Assembly (NCBI RefSeq): GCF_056746865.1
Contig: NZ_CM163382.1
DNA: 64,000 nucleotides
Strand: one strand, 5' to 3'
Positions 12,310 through 23,874 of the stretch are shown piece after piece. Position numbers and translations under genes: made by a program. Each line of letters opens with the position of its first letter. Position 1 is the first letter of the stretch. The notes beneath the pieces are model-generated. The model searched no databases. It saw nothing but the letters and a program-made list of their open reading frames with translations, and had not been told where the DNA came from.

Positions 12310-13740
12310 ATGGCTGGGAATGTTCAGGAAAAACAGCTGCGATGGTACAACATTGCGCTGATGTCTTTTATCACTGTCTGGGGTTTTGGCAACGTTGTTA
12401 ATAACTACGCCAACCAGGGGCTGGTGGTTGTTTTTTCATGGGTGTTTATCTTTGCGCTCTATTTCACACCTTATGCGCTAATTGTTGGTCAGTTAGGCTC
12501 GACCTTCAAAGATGGGAAGGGCGGGGTCAGTACCTGGATTAAACACACGATGGGACCCGGACTGGCTTACCTCGCCGCGTGGACCTACTGGGTAGTGCAT
12601 ATTCCCTATCTGGCACAAAAACCCCAGGCAATACTGATTGCGCTCGGTTGGGCGATGAAAGGCGACGGTTCGTTAATCAAAGAATATTCAGTCGTAGCGT
12701 TACAGGGGTTAACGCTGGTGCTGTTTATCTTCTTTATGTGGGTTGCTTCACGCGGTATGAAATCGCTGAAAATCGTCGGTTCTGTGGCAGGGATTGCGAT
12801 GTTTGTTATGTCGCTCCTGTATGTGGCGATGGCGGTAACCGCGCCTGCAATTACTGAAGTGCATATTGCGACCACAAACATTACCTGGGAAACGTTCATT
12901 CCTCATATCGACTTTACCTACATTACCACTATTTCAATGCTGGTTTTCGCGGTTGGCGGAGCAGAGAAGATTTCTCCTTACGTTAATCAAACGCGCAACC
13001 CAGGAAAAGAATTTCCAAAAGGGATGTTATGCCTGGCGGTGATGGTTGCGGTTTGTGCCATTCTGGGCTCACTGGCGATGGGGATGATGTTTGACTCGCG
13101 TAATATCCCGGATGACTTAATGACTAACGGTCAGTATTACGCCTTTCAGAAGCTGGGCGAGTATTACAACATGGGTAATACTTTAATGGTGATTTATGCC
13201 ATTGCGAATACCCTGGGACAAGTAGCTGCGCTGGTATTCTCGATTGATGCGCCGCTTAAAGTGTTATTAGGCGATGCTGACAGCAAATATATTCCAGCCA
13301 GTTTATGTCGTACCAACGCTTCTGGTACGCCCGTTAATGGCTATTTTCTGACCCTGGTGCTGGTGGCGATCCTGATAATGCTACCGACTCTCGGCATTGG
13401 TGATATGAACAATCTCTATAAATGGCTGTTGAATCTTAACTCGGTAGTGATGCCGCTGCGTTATTTATGGGTATTTGTTGCATTTATTGCAGTCGTTCGC
13501 CTGGCGCAGAAATATAAACCAGAATATGTCTTTATTCGTAATAAGCCTCTGGCAATGACCGTCGGGATTTGGTGTTTTGCCTTTACCGCCTTTGCCTGTT
13601 TGACGGGGATCTTCCCGAAAATGGAAGCCTTCACTGCAGAGTGGACCTTCCAGTTGGCGCTGAATGTTGCAACGCCGTTTGTGTTGGTAGGATTAGGACT
13701 GATATTCCCGCTGCTGGCGCGTAAAGCGAATGATAAATAA
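12310..13740 (+). CDS. ycaM: APC-family amino acid transporter YcaM
   Basis: 476 aa from MAGNVQEKQLRWYNIALMSF...; the ORF-track start at 12118 is an in-frame upstream extension. Confidence 0.85.
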   Translation: MAGNVQEKQLRWYNIALMSFITVWGFGNVVNNYANQGLVVVFSWVFIFALYFTPYALIVGQLGSTFKDGKGGVSTWIKHTMGPGLAYLAAWTYWVVHIPYLAQKPQAILIALGWAMKGDGSLIKEYSVVALQGLTLVLFIFFMWVASRGMKSLKIVGSVAGIAMFVMSLLYVAMAVTAPAITEVHIATTNITWETFIPHIDFTYITTISMLVFAVGGAEKISPYVNQTRNPGKEFPKGMLCLAVMVAVCAILGSLAMGMMFDSRNIPDDLMTNGQYYAFQKLGEYYNMGNTLMVIYAIANTLGQVAALVFSIDAPLKVLLGDADSKYIPASLCRTNASGTPVNGYFLTLVLVAILIMLPTLGIGDMNNLYKWLLNLNSVVMPLRYLWVFVAFIAVVRLAQKYKPEYVFIRNKPLAMTVGIWCFAFTAFACLTGIFPKMEAFTAEWTFQLALNVATPFVLVGLGLIFPLLARKANDK

Positions 13741-13906
13741 TTATTGTGGTCGGTGACGCTGACTCTGGCAGATCTGACCCGTTTTTACATAATCGAGAAA
13801 TGCGCGTAAGCCGCAGGACATATACTGGCGGTTTGGGTAATACATTTGGAAGCTGTGCTGTAAGGGCGTTAGAAATAGAGCTCTGAATTATTTATGCAGA
13901 GCGGAA

Positions 13907-13940
13907 TAAAAAAGCGGCAACTCAAAAAAGTTGCCGCTTT
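13907..13940 (-). terminator. Rho-independent terminator downstream of pflA
   Basis: Hairpin gcggcaac-tcaaaaaa-gttgccgc; on the minus strand the stem is followed by TTTTTTATT. Confidence 0.7.
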
Positions 13941-13949
13941 ACGGGGAAA

Positions 13950-14690
13950 TTAGAACATTACCTTATGACCGTACTGCTCAAGAATGCCTTTCACGCGTTC
14001 CATGGTCTCTTTCTTCGGTGGTTTAACACCATCAAGTTTGTATTCTTCACCCATCGCCACCCATTTGTGTTTGCCAAGTTCGTGGTAGGGGAGAAGCTCG
14101 ATTTTCTCAACGTTGCCCATATCACGGGTAAATTCACCGAGGCGATGCGCTGAATCGTCATCGTCAGACCAGCCTGGGACAACAACGTAGCGGATCCACA
14201 CCTTCACATTTTTGTTCGCCAGATATTTGGCGAACTCCAGCGTGCGGTGGTTGGAAACTCCAACCAGATTTTGGTGGATCTCGTCGTTCATCTGTTTGAG
14301 ATCGAGCATTACCAGGTCGGTTACTTCCAGCAGTTCATCAATCACCGGATCGTAACGACGAACAAAACCGTTGGTATCCAGACAGGTATGAATGCCTTCT
14401 TTTTTGCAGGCGCGGAACCAGTCACGAACAAACTCAGCTTGCAGGATTGCTTCACCGCCGGATGCGGTAACGCCGCCGCCGGAAGCGTTCATAAAGTGGC
14501 GATAGGTCACCACTTCCTTCATCAAATCTTCAACGGTAACTTCTTTACCGCCATGCGTGTCCCAGGTGTCGCGGTTATGACAATACAGGCAGCGCATCAG
14601 GCAGCCCTGGAAAAAGGTGATAAAGCGAATACCCGGGCCGTCTACGGTTCCACAGGATTCAAAGGAGTGAATGCGACCAATAACTGACAT
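13950..14690 (-). CDS. pflA: Pyruvate formate-lyase activating enzyme (radical SAM)
   Basis: 246 aa [23 protein letters not shown]...; CxxxCxxC motif; the ORF-track start at 14717 is an upstream extension. Confidence 0.95.
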   Translation of the reverse strand: MSVIGRIHSFESCGTVDGPGIRFITFFQGCLMRCLYCHNRDTWDTHGGKEVTVEDLMKEVVTYRHFMNASGGGVTASGGEAILQAEFVRDWFRACKKEGIHTCLDTNGFVRRYDPVIDELLEVTDLVMLDLKQMNDEIHQNLVGVSNHRTLEFAKYLANKNVKVWIRYVVVPGWSDDDDSAHRLGEFTRDMGNVEKIELLPYHELGKHKWVAMGEEYKLDGVKPPKKETMERVKGILEQYGHKVMF

Positions 14691-14811
14691 TGCGGTGTTT
14701 CTCCAGATGTGGCCCATCTGAGGCCGTGTTGGTGCGCAGCTCGAAGGCTACGTCGAGTCTGTTTTGGCAGTCACCTTAAAGTATAGATAGCTGACAAAAA
14801 AGGCTCTCGTG

Positions 14812-14840
14812 CTAAAAAAGGCCCCACTTTCGTGGAGCCT
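14812..14840 (-). terminator. Rho-independent terminator of pflB
   Basis: Hairpin aggccccac-tttc-gtggagcct flanked by an A-run on plus (T-run on minus) just 3' of the pflB stop. Confidence 0.6.
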
Positions 14841-14881
14841 TTATTGTACGCTTTTTACTGTACGATTTCAGTCAAATCTAA

Positions 14882-17164
14882 TTACATAGATTGAGTGAAG
14901 GTACGAGTAATAACGTCCTGCTGCTGTTCTTTAGTCAGCGAGTTGAAACGTACTGCGTAGCCAGATACACGGATGGTCAGCTGCGGATATTTTTCCGGGT
15001 TTTCCATCGCGTCGAGCAGCATTTCACGGTTCATCACGTTAACGTTCAGGTGCTGACCACCTTCGATGGATGCTTCGTGGTGGAAGTAACCATCCATCAG
15101 ACCAGCCAGGTTGGTCTTACGAACTTCGTCGTCTTTACCCAGTGCGTTCGGAACGATAGAGAAGGTGTAGGAGATACCATCTTTAGCGTAAGCAAACGGC
15201 AGTTTAGCAACGGAAGTCAGAGAGGCTACTGCACCTTTCTGGTCACGACCGTGCATCGGGTTAGCACCCGGTCCGAACGGCGCGCCAGCACGACGACCGT
15301 CTGGGGTGTTACCAGTTTTCTTACCATACACAACGTTAGAAGTGATGGTCAGAACAGACTGAGTCGGGATAGCGTCACGGTAGGTGTGCAGTTTCTGAAT
15401 TTTCTTCATGAAACGTTCTACCAGGTCAACAGCCAGGTCATCTACACGCGGATCGTTGTTACCAAACTGCGGGTATTCGCCTTCGATTTCGAAGTCGATA
15501 GCCAGACCGTCTTCGTCACGAATCGGTTTAACTTTCGCATATTTGATTGCAGACAGGGAGTCAGCAGCAACGGACAGACCAGCGATACCACACGCCATGG
15601 TGCGGATAACGTCACGGTCGTGCAGCGCCATCAGAGAGGCTTCGTAGCTGTACTTGTCGTGCATGTAGTGGATGATGTTCAGTGCAGTGATGTACTGTTT
15701 AGCCAGCCAGTCCATGAAGTGATCCATGCGCTCCATCACTTCATCGTAGTTCAGGAGATCGCCTTTGATCGGTTCAGACTTCGGACCAACCTGCATTTTC
15801 AGTTTTTCGTCAACGCCGCCGTTGATTGCGTACAGCATGGTTTTCGCCAGGTTTGCACGCGCACCGAAGAACTGCATTTGTTTACCAACGATCATCGGGC
15901 TTACGCAGCAAGCGATAGCGTAGTCATCGTTGTTGAAGTCCGGACGCATCAGGTCATCGTTCTCATACTGCAGAGAAGAGGTGTCGATGGACACTTTAGC
16001 AGCGAATTTCTTGAAGTTCAGCGGCAGTTTTTCGGACCACAGAATGGTCATGTTCGGTTCCGGAGACGGACCCATGGTGTACAGGGTGTTCAGGAAACGG
16101 AAGCTGTTTTTGGTAACCAGGGTACGACCGTCGAGGCCCATACCACCGATAGATTCGGTTGCCCAGATCGGGTCGCCAGAGAACAGTTCATCGTATTCCG
16201 GAGTACGCAGGAAGCGAACCATACGCAGTTTCATGACCAGGTGGTCAACCATTTCCTGCGCTTCTTGTTCGGTGATCTTGCCAGCTTTCAGGTCACGTTC
16301 GATGTACACATCCAGGAAGGTGGAGGTACGACCGAAGGACATTGCAGCACCGTTCTGAGACTTAACAGCAGCCAGGTAGCCGAAGTAAGTCCACTGGATA
16401 GCTTCCTGAGCGTTGGTAGCCGGACCAGAGATGTCGTAGCCGTATTTCGCAGCCATTTCTTTCATCTGACCCAGAGCGCGGTGCTGTTCAGCGATTTCTT
16501 CGCGCAGACGGATAGTCTGTTCCAGGTTTACGCCGTTTTCCAGATCAGCCTGCAGAGAGGTGAACTGTGCAAGTTTGTCTTTCATCAGGTAGTCGATACC
16601 GTACAGCGCAACGCGACGGTAGTCACCGATGATACGACCACGGCCATAAGCATCTGGCAGACCGGTCAGAACACCGGATTTACGGCAACGCAGGATGTCC
16701 GGAGTGTAAACGTCGAACACGCCCTGGTTGTGAGTTTTACGGTATTCAGTGAAGATTTTTTTGATCATCGGGTCCAGTTCGCGGTTGTACGCTTTGCAGG
16801 AACCTTCGATCATTTTGATACCACCGAACGGGATAAGAGCACGTTTCAGCGGAGCTTCAGTCTGCAGACCAACAACTTTTTCCAACGCTTTGTTGATGTA
16901 GCCAGCGTCGTGAGAGGTGATGGTGGAAGCAACAGCGGTGTCAAAGTCAACTGGCGCGTGAGTGCGGTTTTCCAGTTTAACGCCTTCCATTACTTTGTCC
17001 CACAGGGTGGTGGTCGCTTCAGTAGCGCCAGCCAGGAAGGACTCGTCACCCTCGTACGGAGTGTAGTTTTTCTGAATGAAGTCACGGACGTTTACTTCAT
17101 TCTGCCAGTCACCTTTGGTAAAACCTTCCCAGGCTGTGGCTAACTTTTCATTAAGCTCGGACAT
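14882..17164 (-). CDS. pflB: Pyruvate formate-lyase (formate C-acetyltransferase 1)
   Basis: 760 aa; C-terminal glycyl-radical motif RVSGYAV. Confidence 0.97.
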   Translation of the reverse strand: MSELNEKLATAWEGFTKGDWQNEVNVRDFIQKNYTPYEGDESFLAGATEATTTLWDKVMEGVKLENRTHAPVDFDTAVASTITSHDAGYINKALEKVVGLQTEAPLKRALIPFGGIKMIEGSCKAYNRELDPMIKKIFTEYRKTHNQGVFDVYTPDILRCRKSGVLTGLPDAYGRGRIIGDYRRVALYGIDYLMKDKLAQFTSLQADLENGVNLEQTIRLREEIAEQHRALGQMKEMAAKYGYDISGPATNAQEAIQWTYFGYLAAVKSQNGAAMSFGRTSTFLDVYIERDLKAGKITEQEAQEMVDHLVMKLRMVRFLRTPEYDELFSGDPIWATESIGGMGLDGRTLVTKNSFRFLNTLYTMGPSPEPNMTILWSEKLPLNFKKFAAKVSIDTSSLQYENDDLMRPDFNNDDYAIACCVSPMIVGKQMQFFGARANLAKTMLYAINGGVDEKLKMQVGPKSEPIKGDLLNYDEVMERMDHFMDWLAKQYITALNIIHYMHDKYSYEASLMALHDRDVIRTMACGIAGLSVAADSLSAIKYAKVKPIRDEDGLAIDFEIEGEYPQFGNNDPRVDDLAVDLVERFMKKIQKLHTYRDAIPTQSVLTITSNVVYGKKTGNTPDGRRAGAPFGPGANPMHGRDQKGAVASLTSVAKLPFAYAKDGISYTFSIVPNALGKDDEVRKTNLAGLMDGYFHHEASIEGGQHLNVNVMNREMLLDAMENPEKYPQLTIRVSGYAVRFNSLTKEQQQDVITRTFTQSM

Positions 17165-17218
17165 GTAACACCTACCTTCTTAAGTGGATTTTTTATTTAC
17201 TGCGTACTTCGACAACCA

Positions 17219-18076
17219 TTAATGGTGATCGTTTTCACGCAGGTAAATGACCCAGTATGTCAACCCAACCAACAAACCACCGCCGATAATATTACCGATC
17301 GTAACCGGAATCAGGTTATCAGTGATGAAGTTCATTACGGTCAGGTGAGAAAAATTTTCCGGTGCAGAACCGACAGCGGTCCAGAATTCCGGAGATGCGA
17401 AGTCGCGGATTACAATACCCATCGGGATCATAAACATGTTTGCGATACTGTGCTCAAAACCGCTGGCAACAAACATCGCGACCGGCAGCACCATAATGAA
17501 CGCTTTGTCCATCAGGCTGCGGCCAGAATAACTCATCCATACTGCCAGACATACCATCAGGTTTGCCAGGATACCAAGACAGACGGCCTCAATAAAAGTA
17601 TGGTGCACTTTGTGGTCGGCGGTTTGTAGGACGTTGAGTCCCCATTGACCATTCGCGGTCATATACTCGCCGGAAAGCCACATTAAAAGTACAAACAGCA
17701 GTGCGCCGACCAGGTTGCCAAAATAGACATTTAGCCAGTTTTTCGCCAACTGACCCCAGGTGATGCGCCCACTCGCCTTAGCAACAACAATCAACACTGT
17801 GGAAGTAAAGAGATCGGCTCCGCAGACAACACAAAGAATCAGCCCCAGAGAGAAGCAAATACCGCCAACCAGTTTTGCCATGCCGAAGGGCATTGTTCCT
17901 GTGCCAGTGGTTGCTGTGATATAGAAGACGAATGCGATTGAGATGAAAACACCGGCGGTAATCGCCAGATAGAAAGTCTTAAGCGGATGTTTCGTTGCTT
18001 TATAGACACCTGCCTCTTCGGCCACTTTGGCCATTGCTGCAGGAAGTAAAAGATCAAAAGGGTTGTCAGCTTTCAC
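17219..18076 (-). CDS. focA: Formate channel FocA
   Basis: 285 aa from (V)KADNPFDLLLPAAMAKVAEEAG...; start assigned to GTG at 18076-18074 to match the canonical FocA N-terminus. Confidence 0.9.
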   Translation of the reverse strand: MKADNPFDLLLPAAMAKVAEEAGVYKATKHPLKTFYLAITAGVFISIAFVFYITATTGTGTMPFGMAKLVGGICFSLGLILCVVCGADLFTSTVLIVVAKASGRITWGQLAKNWLNVYFGNLVGALLFVLLMWLSGEYMTANGQWGLNVLQTADHKVHHTFIEAVCLGILANLMVCLAVWMSYSGRSLMDKAFIMVLPVAMFVASGFEHSIANMFMIPMGIVIRDFASPEFWTAVGSAPENFSHLTVMNFITDNLIPVTIGNIIGGGLLVGLTYWVIYLRENDHH

Positions 18077-18136
18077 ACTAACTCTCTCTTTATTAAGTCG
18101 GCGACGAGATACTAACAAAGCATTATAGATGAGAAA

Positions 18137-18150
18137 TTGATATAGATCAT
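18137..18150 (-). promoter_or_regulatory. Candidate FNR site in the focA-pflB promoter region
   Basis: TTGATatagATCAT, near-perfect TTGAT-N4-ATCAA palindrome about 65 bp upstream of the focA start within the 400-bp AT-rich region 18077-18481. Confidence 0.45.
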
Positions 18151-18481
18151 ATCTCGCCTGGCTTATAGGCCCGTAACTCGCATGGTTTTTATGCAAATAC
18201 GGAGTAAATATTTGATTATCCAAATAAAAATAAATTTTAAAAATTAACAAATGAGTTGAATTTTTTCCGCATCCTCCGCTAAAACAGTTAATTAAAAGGG
18301 AGCATCAGGCGAATAAAGTAACAATATCGATCGTATTTATTAAATACAAATTACCGATATTTAACTTTATAATTACAATTATTTTATTAATGCAAATATA
18401 TGTAAAGCGGGGCATTAAAAAAACGCCCCGTAATATAACTCAGACGAATCATTAAGCCTACATTGCGTAGGCTATTTGATT

Positions 18482-20242
18482 TTATTTTGCCCAGAATGCT
18501 GCTTTGGCGCGCTGCAGCTTTTCGTAGGCCTTCAACAACGACTGATGTGCAGCAAACGCGTGCAGATCGCTATCTACTGGTTGCAAACCATAAAACGCCG
18601 CTTCGCCGCTCATTGCCGCACTGGCGGCTTCCACGGCATCTGCGCCGTACATGCGAACAAACGCATTCAGATATTGCAGCGGCTGGCGATCTTCTTCCTG
18701 CGCCAGTAATAACAACGTTTGCAGGCAGCGATAATAGTTGGCGCGTTCCGGGCTGAATACCGATGAGTTAAACTCCATCGTCCATTCGGTCCAGACCAGA
18801 GCCTGTTCCAGATCGCCACCAGCCAGCGCCAGCATGGCTTTTAATTCACCGATACGCAGGGTGTACCAACCGTTATCCGACCCGGTCGCCAGACCCAACA
18901 GCTCACGCACGCGGGTAAAGTCATCAAAACCTTCTTCATCCAGTTGCTCGATGAGGTTCAGGTAATCTTCTTTTTCCCACTCGCTGCCTGGTAACGAAAG
19001 AATCGTTTCACGTAAATGGCTGCCCATACTGTTATTCGCCAGCCACAGATCTTCAGCCGGATAAATATCGGACATGCCAGGTACGATAATTCTGCATGCA
19101 TAAACGCCCAGATGCTCGTAATCGGCAATATAAACTTCTTTATCTTCTTTGTTGAAGATAGCCATCAGCGTAGCAAACTCTTCTTCCGTAGTGCCGGAGA
19201 AATTCCAGTCCACAAACGGATAATCGGCATCCTGCTTGAACAGATCCCAGGAGATTAAACCGCTGGAATCGATAAAGTGCGTTTCGAGGTTGGTATGTTC
19301 AGCAACTTCTTCATCATCGAAGGTTGGCGGAGTAAACACATCCAAATCTTTCAGGCCACGACCTTGCAGCAGCTCGGTCACGGTACGTTCCAGTGCTACG
19401 CCAAAATCAGGATGTGCACCGAAAGAGGCAAAGCAGGTGCCGTTAGCAGGATTGAACAGTACCACGCAAATCACCGGATACTGGCCGCCAAGCGAACCAT
19501 CATAAGCAAAGATTGGGAAACCTTCTGCTTCCAGCGTTTCGATGGCTTCAACCACCGCTGGGTAACGCGCCAGCACGTCTGCCGGGATTTCCGGCAAGCT
19601 GATGCTTTCAGCAATAATGCGGTTTTTCACGTAGCGTTCGAAAACTTCGGACAACCCCTGAACGCGTGCTTCGTTGCGGGTATTGCCAGCGGACATACCG
19701 TTAGAAACGTACAGGTTACCAATGATATTCATCGGAATATAAACGGTCTGATTGTCGGACTGGCGCGTAAACGGCAGACCGCAAATACCACGATCTTCGT
19801 TACCGGATTGCAGGTCAATCAGCATACTGCCGGCCAGTTCATTCTCCGGATCGTAAAATGCGCGCAGACGGTCATCGAGCAGCCCTTCTGGCACATCGTC
19901 ATTTTCGCTCAGTGGGAACCATTTTTCGTTGGGATAATGCACGAACGGACCGTTGGCGATGGTTTCGCCCAGCCAGAAATCAGCAAAAAAGTAGTTGGTT
20001 GAGAGACGCTCGAAATATTCACCGAGTGCAGAAGCCAGCGCCGCTTTTTTGGTTGCGCCTTTACCGTTGGTAAAACACAGTGCGCACTCTTTGTCGCGAA
20101 TATGTACAGACCAGACGTTAGGCACCGGATTCAGCCAGGAGGCCTCTTCAATCTGAAAGCCGAGGTCTGAAAGTTTTTGCTGGAAGCGAGCGATGGAATC
20201 TTCCAGTGCGGCATCTTTGCCGGGGATAAATGTTTGCGTCAT
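18482..20242 (-). CDS. ycaO: YcaO-domain protein (ribosomal protein S12 methylthiolation accessory factor)
   Basis: 586 aa from MTQTFIPGKDAALEDSIARFQQKL...; the ORF-track start at 20275 is an upstream extension. Confidence 0.9.
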   Translation of the reverse strand: MTQTFIPGKDAALEDSIARFQQKLSDLGFQIEEASWLNPVPNVWSVHIRDKECALCFTNGKGATKKAALASALGEYFERLSTNYFFADFWLGETIANGPFVHYPNEKWFPLSENDDVPEGLLDDRLRAFYDPENELAGSMLIDLQSGNEDRGICGLPFTRQSDNQTVYIPMNIIGNLYVSNGMSAGNTRNEARVQGLSEVFERYVKNRIIAESISLPEIPADVLARYPAVVEAIETLEAEGFPIFAYDGSLGGQYPVICVVLFNPANGTCFASFGAHPDFGVALERTVTELLQGRGLKDLDVFTPPTFDDEEVAEHTNLETHFIDSSGLISWDLFKQDADYPFVDWNFSGTTEEEFATLMAIFNKEDKEVYIADYEHLGVYACRIIVPGMSDIYPAEDLWLANNSMGSHLRETILSLPGSEWEKEDYLNLIEQLDEEGFDDFTRVRELLGLATGSDNGWYTLRIGELKAMLALAGGDLEQALVWTEWTMEFNSSVFSPERANYYRCLQTLLLLAQEEDRQPLQYLNAFVRMYGADAVEAASAAMSGEAAFYGLQPVDSDLHAFAAHQSLLKAYEKLQRAKAAFWAK

Positions 20243-20371
20243 GAAAATCACTTTAGTCGTACGGAAAGCGCGCAATAATACGGGTTTTATCTCAAAGGCG
20301 CTATCACCGCCGCCATGCCGATGAACTGTTGACTATGCTTTTAGTGGATAAACCACGATAAGAGCATAAAA

Positions 20372-21064
20372 ATGAAGGCGTTTGATCTCCACCGTATGGC
20401 ATTTGATAAAGTGCCTTTTGATTTCCTTGGCGAAGTGGCACTACGTAGTCTTTATACCTTTGTACTGGTTTTTTTGTTCCTCAAAATGACCGGAAGACGC
20501 GGTGTGCGGCAGATGTCGCTTTTTGAAGTGTTAATCATTCTGACGCTGGGATCAGCGGCGGGAGATGTGGCGTTTTATGATGATGTGCCGATGGTCCCGG
20601 TACTTATCGTCTTTATTACTCTGGCGTTGTTATACCGCCTGGTAATGTGGTTGATGGCACACAGTGAAAAACTGGAAGATCTTCTGGAAGGTAAGCCGGT
20701 TGTCATTATTGAAGATGGCGAGCTGGCCTGGTCGAAACTCAATAACTCCAACATGACGGAATTTGAGTTCTTTATGGAGCTACGATTGCGCGGTGTAGAG
20801 CAGTTGGGGCAAGTACGTCTGGCGATTCTCGAAACCAACGGGCAAATCAGTGTCTATTTCTTTGAAGATGACAAGGTGAAACCGGGCTTACTTATTTTAC
20901 CCAGTGACTGTACTCAGCGTTACAAAGTGGTACCCGAGTCGGCGGACTATGCCTGCATTCGTTGCAGTGAAATCATTCATATGAACGCGGGGGAAAAACA
21001 ATTATGTCCGCGCTGTGCAAATCCAGAATGGACGAAGGCAAGTCGGGCAAAACGGGTGACGTGA
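20372..21064 (+). CDS. ycaP: Inner-membrane protein YcaP (DUF421 family)
   Basis: 230 aa; matches YcaP from memory. Confidence 0.85.
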   Translation: MKAFDLHRMAFDKVPFDFLGEVALRSLYTFVLVFLFLKMTGRRGVRQMSLFEVLIILTLGSAAGDVAFYDDVPMVPVLIVFITLALLYRLVMWLMAHSEKLEDLLEGKPVVIIEDGELAWSKLNNSNMTEFEFFMELRLRGVEQLGQVRLAILETNGQISVYFFEDDKVKPGLLILPSDCTQRYKVVPESADYACIRCSEIIHMNAGEKQLCPRCANPEWTKASRAKRVT

Positions 21065-21262
21065 CAGTAAAAACATCGGCTTTTTGCTAATAATCCGAGA
21101 GATTCTTTTGTGTGATGCAAGCCACATTTTTGCCCTCAACGGTTTTACTCATTGCGATGTGTGTCACTGAATGATAAAACCGATAGCCACAGGAATAATG
21201 TATTACCTGTGGTCGCAATCGATTGACCGCAGGTTAATAGCAACGCAACGTGGTGAGGGGAA

Positions 21263-22351
21263 ATGGCTCAAATCTTCAATTTTAGTTCTGGTCCGGCAAT
21301 GCTACCGGCAGAGGTGCTTAAACAGGCTCAACAGGAACTGCGCGACTGGAACGGTCTTGGTACGTCGGTGATGGAAGTGAGTCACCGTGGCAAAGAGTTC
21401 ATTCAGGTTGCAGAGGAAGCCGAGAAGGATTTTCGCGATCTTCTTAATGTCCCCTCCAACTACAAGGTATTGTTCTGCCATGGCGGCGGTCGCGGTCAGT
21501 TTGCTGCTGTTCCGCTGAATATTCTCGGTGATAAAACCACCGCAGATTATGTTGATGCCGGTTACTGGGCGGCAAGTGCCATTAAAGAAGCGAAAAAATA
21601 TTGCACGCCTAATGTCTTCGACGCCAAAGTGACTGTTGATGGTCTGCGCGCGGTTAAGCCAATGCGCGAATGGCAACTCTCTGATAATGCTGCTTATATG
21701 CATTACTGCCCGAATGAAACCATCGACGGTATCGCTATCGACGAAACGCCAGACTTCGGCAAAGATGTGGTGGTCGCCGCCGACTTCTCTTCAACCATTC
21801 TTTCCCGTCCGATTGACGTCAGCCGTTATGGCGTGATTTACGCTGGCGCGCAGAAAAATATCGGCCCGGCAGGCCTGACAATCGTCATCGTTCGTGAAGA
21901 TTTGCTGGGCAAAGCGAATATCGCGTGTCCGTCGATTCTGGATTATTCCATCCTCAACGATAACGGCTCCATGTTTAACACGCCGCCGACATTTGCCTGG
22001 TATCTGTCTGGTCTGGTCTTTAAATGGCTGAAAGCGAACGGCGGTGTAGCTGAAATGGATAAAATCAATCAGCAAAAAGCAGAACTGCTGTATGGGGTGA
22101 TTGATAACAGCGATTTCTACCGCAATGACGTGGCGAAAGCTAACCGTTCGCGGATGAACGTGCCGTTCCAGTTGGCGGACAGTGCGCTTGACAAATTGTT
22201 CCTTGAAGAGTCTTTTGCTGCTGGCCTTCATGCGCTGAAAGGTCACCGTGTGGTCGGCGGAATGCGCGCGTCTATTTATAACGCCATGCCGCTGGAAGGC
22301 GTTAAAGCGCTGACAGACTTCATGATTGAGTTCGAACGCCGTCACGGCTAA
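21263..22351 (+). CDS. serC: Phosphoserine aminotransferase
   Basis: 362 aa [26 protein letters not shown]... Confidence 0.96.
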   Translation: MAQIFNFSSGPAMLPAEVLKQAQQELRDWNGLGTSVMEVSHRGKEFIQVAEEAEKDFRDLLNVPSNYKVLFCHGGGRGQFAAVPLNILGDKTTADYVDAGYWAASAIKEAKKYCTPNVFDAKVTVDGLRAVKPMREWQLSDNAAYMHYCPNETIDGIAIDETPDFGKDVVVAADFSSTILSRPIDVSRYGVIYAGAQKNIGPAGLTIVIVREDLLGKANIACPSILDYSILNDNGSMFNTPPTFAWYLSGLVFKWLKANGGVAEMDKINQQKAELLYGVIDNSDFYRNDVAKANRSRMNVPFQLADSALDKLFLEESFAAGLHALKGHRVVGGMRASIYNAMPLEGVKALTDFMIEFERRHG

Positions 22352-22370
22352 TGCCGAAATTTTGCTTAAT

Positions 22371-22400
22371 CCCCACAGCCAGCCTGTGGGGTTTTTATTT
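22371..22400 (+). terminator. Hairpin plus T-run in the serC-aroA intercistronic region
   Basis: ccccacagcc-a-gcctgtgggg followed by TTTTTATTT, between two co-directional genes of the serC-aroA operon. Confidence 0.55.
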
Positions 22401-22421
22401 CTGTTGTAGAGAGTTGAGTTC

Positions 22422-23705
22422 ATGGAATCCCTGACGTTACAACCCATCGCTCGTGTCGATGGCACTATTAATCTGCCCGGTTCCAAGAGCGTTTCTAACC
22501 GCGCTTTATTGCTGGCGGCATTAGCACACGGCAAAACAGTATTAACCAATCTGCTGGATAGCGATGACGTGCGCCATATGCTGAATGCATTAGCAGCGTT
22601 AGGGGTAAGCTATACGCTTTCAGCTGATCGTACGCGTTGCGAAATCATCGGTAACGGCGGTCCATTACACGCAGAAGGTGCCCTGGAGTTGTTCCTCGGT
22701 AACGCCGGAACGGCAATGCGTCCGCTGGCGGCAGCTCTTTGTCTGGGTAGCAATGATATTGTGCTGACCGGTGAACCGCGTATGAAAGAACGCCCCATTG
22801 GTCATCTGGTGGATGCGCTGCGCCTGGGCGGGGCGAAGATCACTTACCTGGAACAAGAAAATTATCCACCATTGCGTTTACAGGGCGGCTTTACTGGCGG
22901 CAACGTTGAAGTTGATGGCTCCGTTTCCAGCCAGTTCCTCACCGCACTGTTAATGACTGCGCCTCTTGCGCCGGAAGATACGGTGATTCGTATTAAAGGC
23001 GATCTGGTTTCTAAACCTTACATCGACATCACACTCAATCTGATGAAGACGTTTGGTGTTGAAATTGAAAATCAGCACTATCAACAATTTGTCGTTAAAG
23101 GCGGGCAGTCTTATCAGTCTCCGGGTACTTATTTGGTCGAAGGCGATGCATCTTCCGCTTCTTACTTCCTGGCAGCAGCAGCAATCAAAGGCGGTACTGT
23201 AAAAGTGACCGGCATTGGACGCAACAGTATGCAGGGTGATATTCGCTTTGCTGATGTGCTGGAAAAAATGGGCGCGACCATTTGCTGGGGCGATGATTAT
23301 ATTTCCTGCACGCGGGGTGAACTGAACGCTATTGATATGGATATGAACCATATTCCTGATGCGGCGATGACCATTGCCACGGCGGCGTTATTTGCAAAAG
23401 GCACCACCACGCTGCGCAATATCTATAACTGGCGTGTTAAAGAGACCGATCGCCTGTTTGCGATGGCAACAGAACTGCGTAAAGTTGGTGCGGAAGTAGA
23501 AGAGGGGCACGATTACATTCGTATCACTCCACCGGAAAAACTGAACTTTGCCGAGATCGCAACATACAATGATCACCGGATGGCGATGTGTTTCTCGCTG
23601 GTCGCATTATCAGATACGGCTGTGACGATTCTTGATCCAAAATGTACCGCTAAAACTTTTCCAGACTATTTCGAGCAATTGGCGCGGATAAGTCAACCCG
23701 GCTGA
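22422..23705 (+). CDS. aroA: 3-phosphoshikimate 1-carboxyvinyltransferase (EPSP synthase)
   Basis: 427 aa [35 protein letters not shown]... Confidence 0.96.
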   Translation: MESLTLQPIARVDGTINLPGSKSVSNRALLLAALAHGKTVLTNLLDSDDVRHMLNALAALGVSYTLSADRTRCEIIGNGGPLHAEGALELFLGNAGTAMRPLAAALCLGSNDIVLTGEPRMKERPIGHLVDALRLGGAKITYLEQENYPPLRLQGGFTGGNVEVDGSVSSQFLTALLMTAPLAPEDTVIRIKGDLVSKPYIDITLNLMKTFGVEIENQHYQQFVVKGGQSYQSPGTYLVEGDASSASYFLAAAAIKGGTVKVTGIGRNSMQGDIRFADVLEKMGATICWGDDYISCTRGELNAIDMDMNHIPDAAMTIATAALFAKGTTTLRNIYNWRVKETDRLFAMATELRKVGAEVEEGHDYIRITPPEKLNFAEIATYNDHRMAMCFSLVALSDTAVTILDPKCTAKTFPDYFEQLARISQPG

Positions 23706-23748
23706 ATGAATAACGGGCGATAACATAGACAATCCTTTCTTTTCAAAG

Positions 23749-23777
23749 ACGTCGGCACATTGCCGGCGTTTTTTTTC
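23749..23777 (+). terminator. Rho-independent terminator of aroA
   Basis: Hairpin cggca-cat-tgccg followed by a T8 run. Confidence 0.65.
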
Positions 23778-23874
23778 GGACCTTGTGGGGTATTTTTATT
23801 AATGGTAGCGTTAATTATCAATGTAACTTGTTGATACATAATGTTTATATATAATTAATCAACGGATGATTCAC

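Noticed and set aside
13800-13886. 28-codon ORF in the ycaM-pflA junction as a possible small protein
   Set aside because: Too short, and the GAGAA purine run directly abuts the ATG with no usable spacing; more plausibly a relic of the missing ycaN/ycaK interval than a gene (kept only as a note under that finding).
14891-17143. 750-codon ORF antisense to pflB; similar long antisense ORFs opposite rpsA (25642..26781), ompF (49591..50379) and dmsA (6254..7210)
   Set aside because: Each lies wholly inside a well-recognised, highly expressed gene on the other strand. Strong codon bias in such genes removes the reverse-complement stop triplets, so long open antisense frames arise by chance; the translations are low-complexity and there are no plausible start contexts.
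21171-21371. 66-codon ORF spanning the ycaP-serC intergenic region and the serC start
   Set aside because: No ribosome-binding site, overlaps the serC promoter and 5' end in another frame, and the translation has no recognisable features; most likely spurious.
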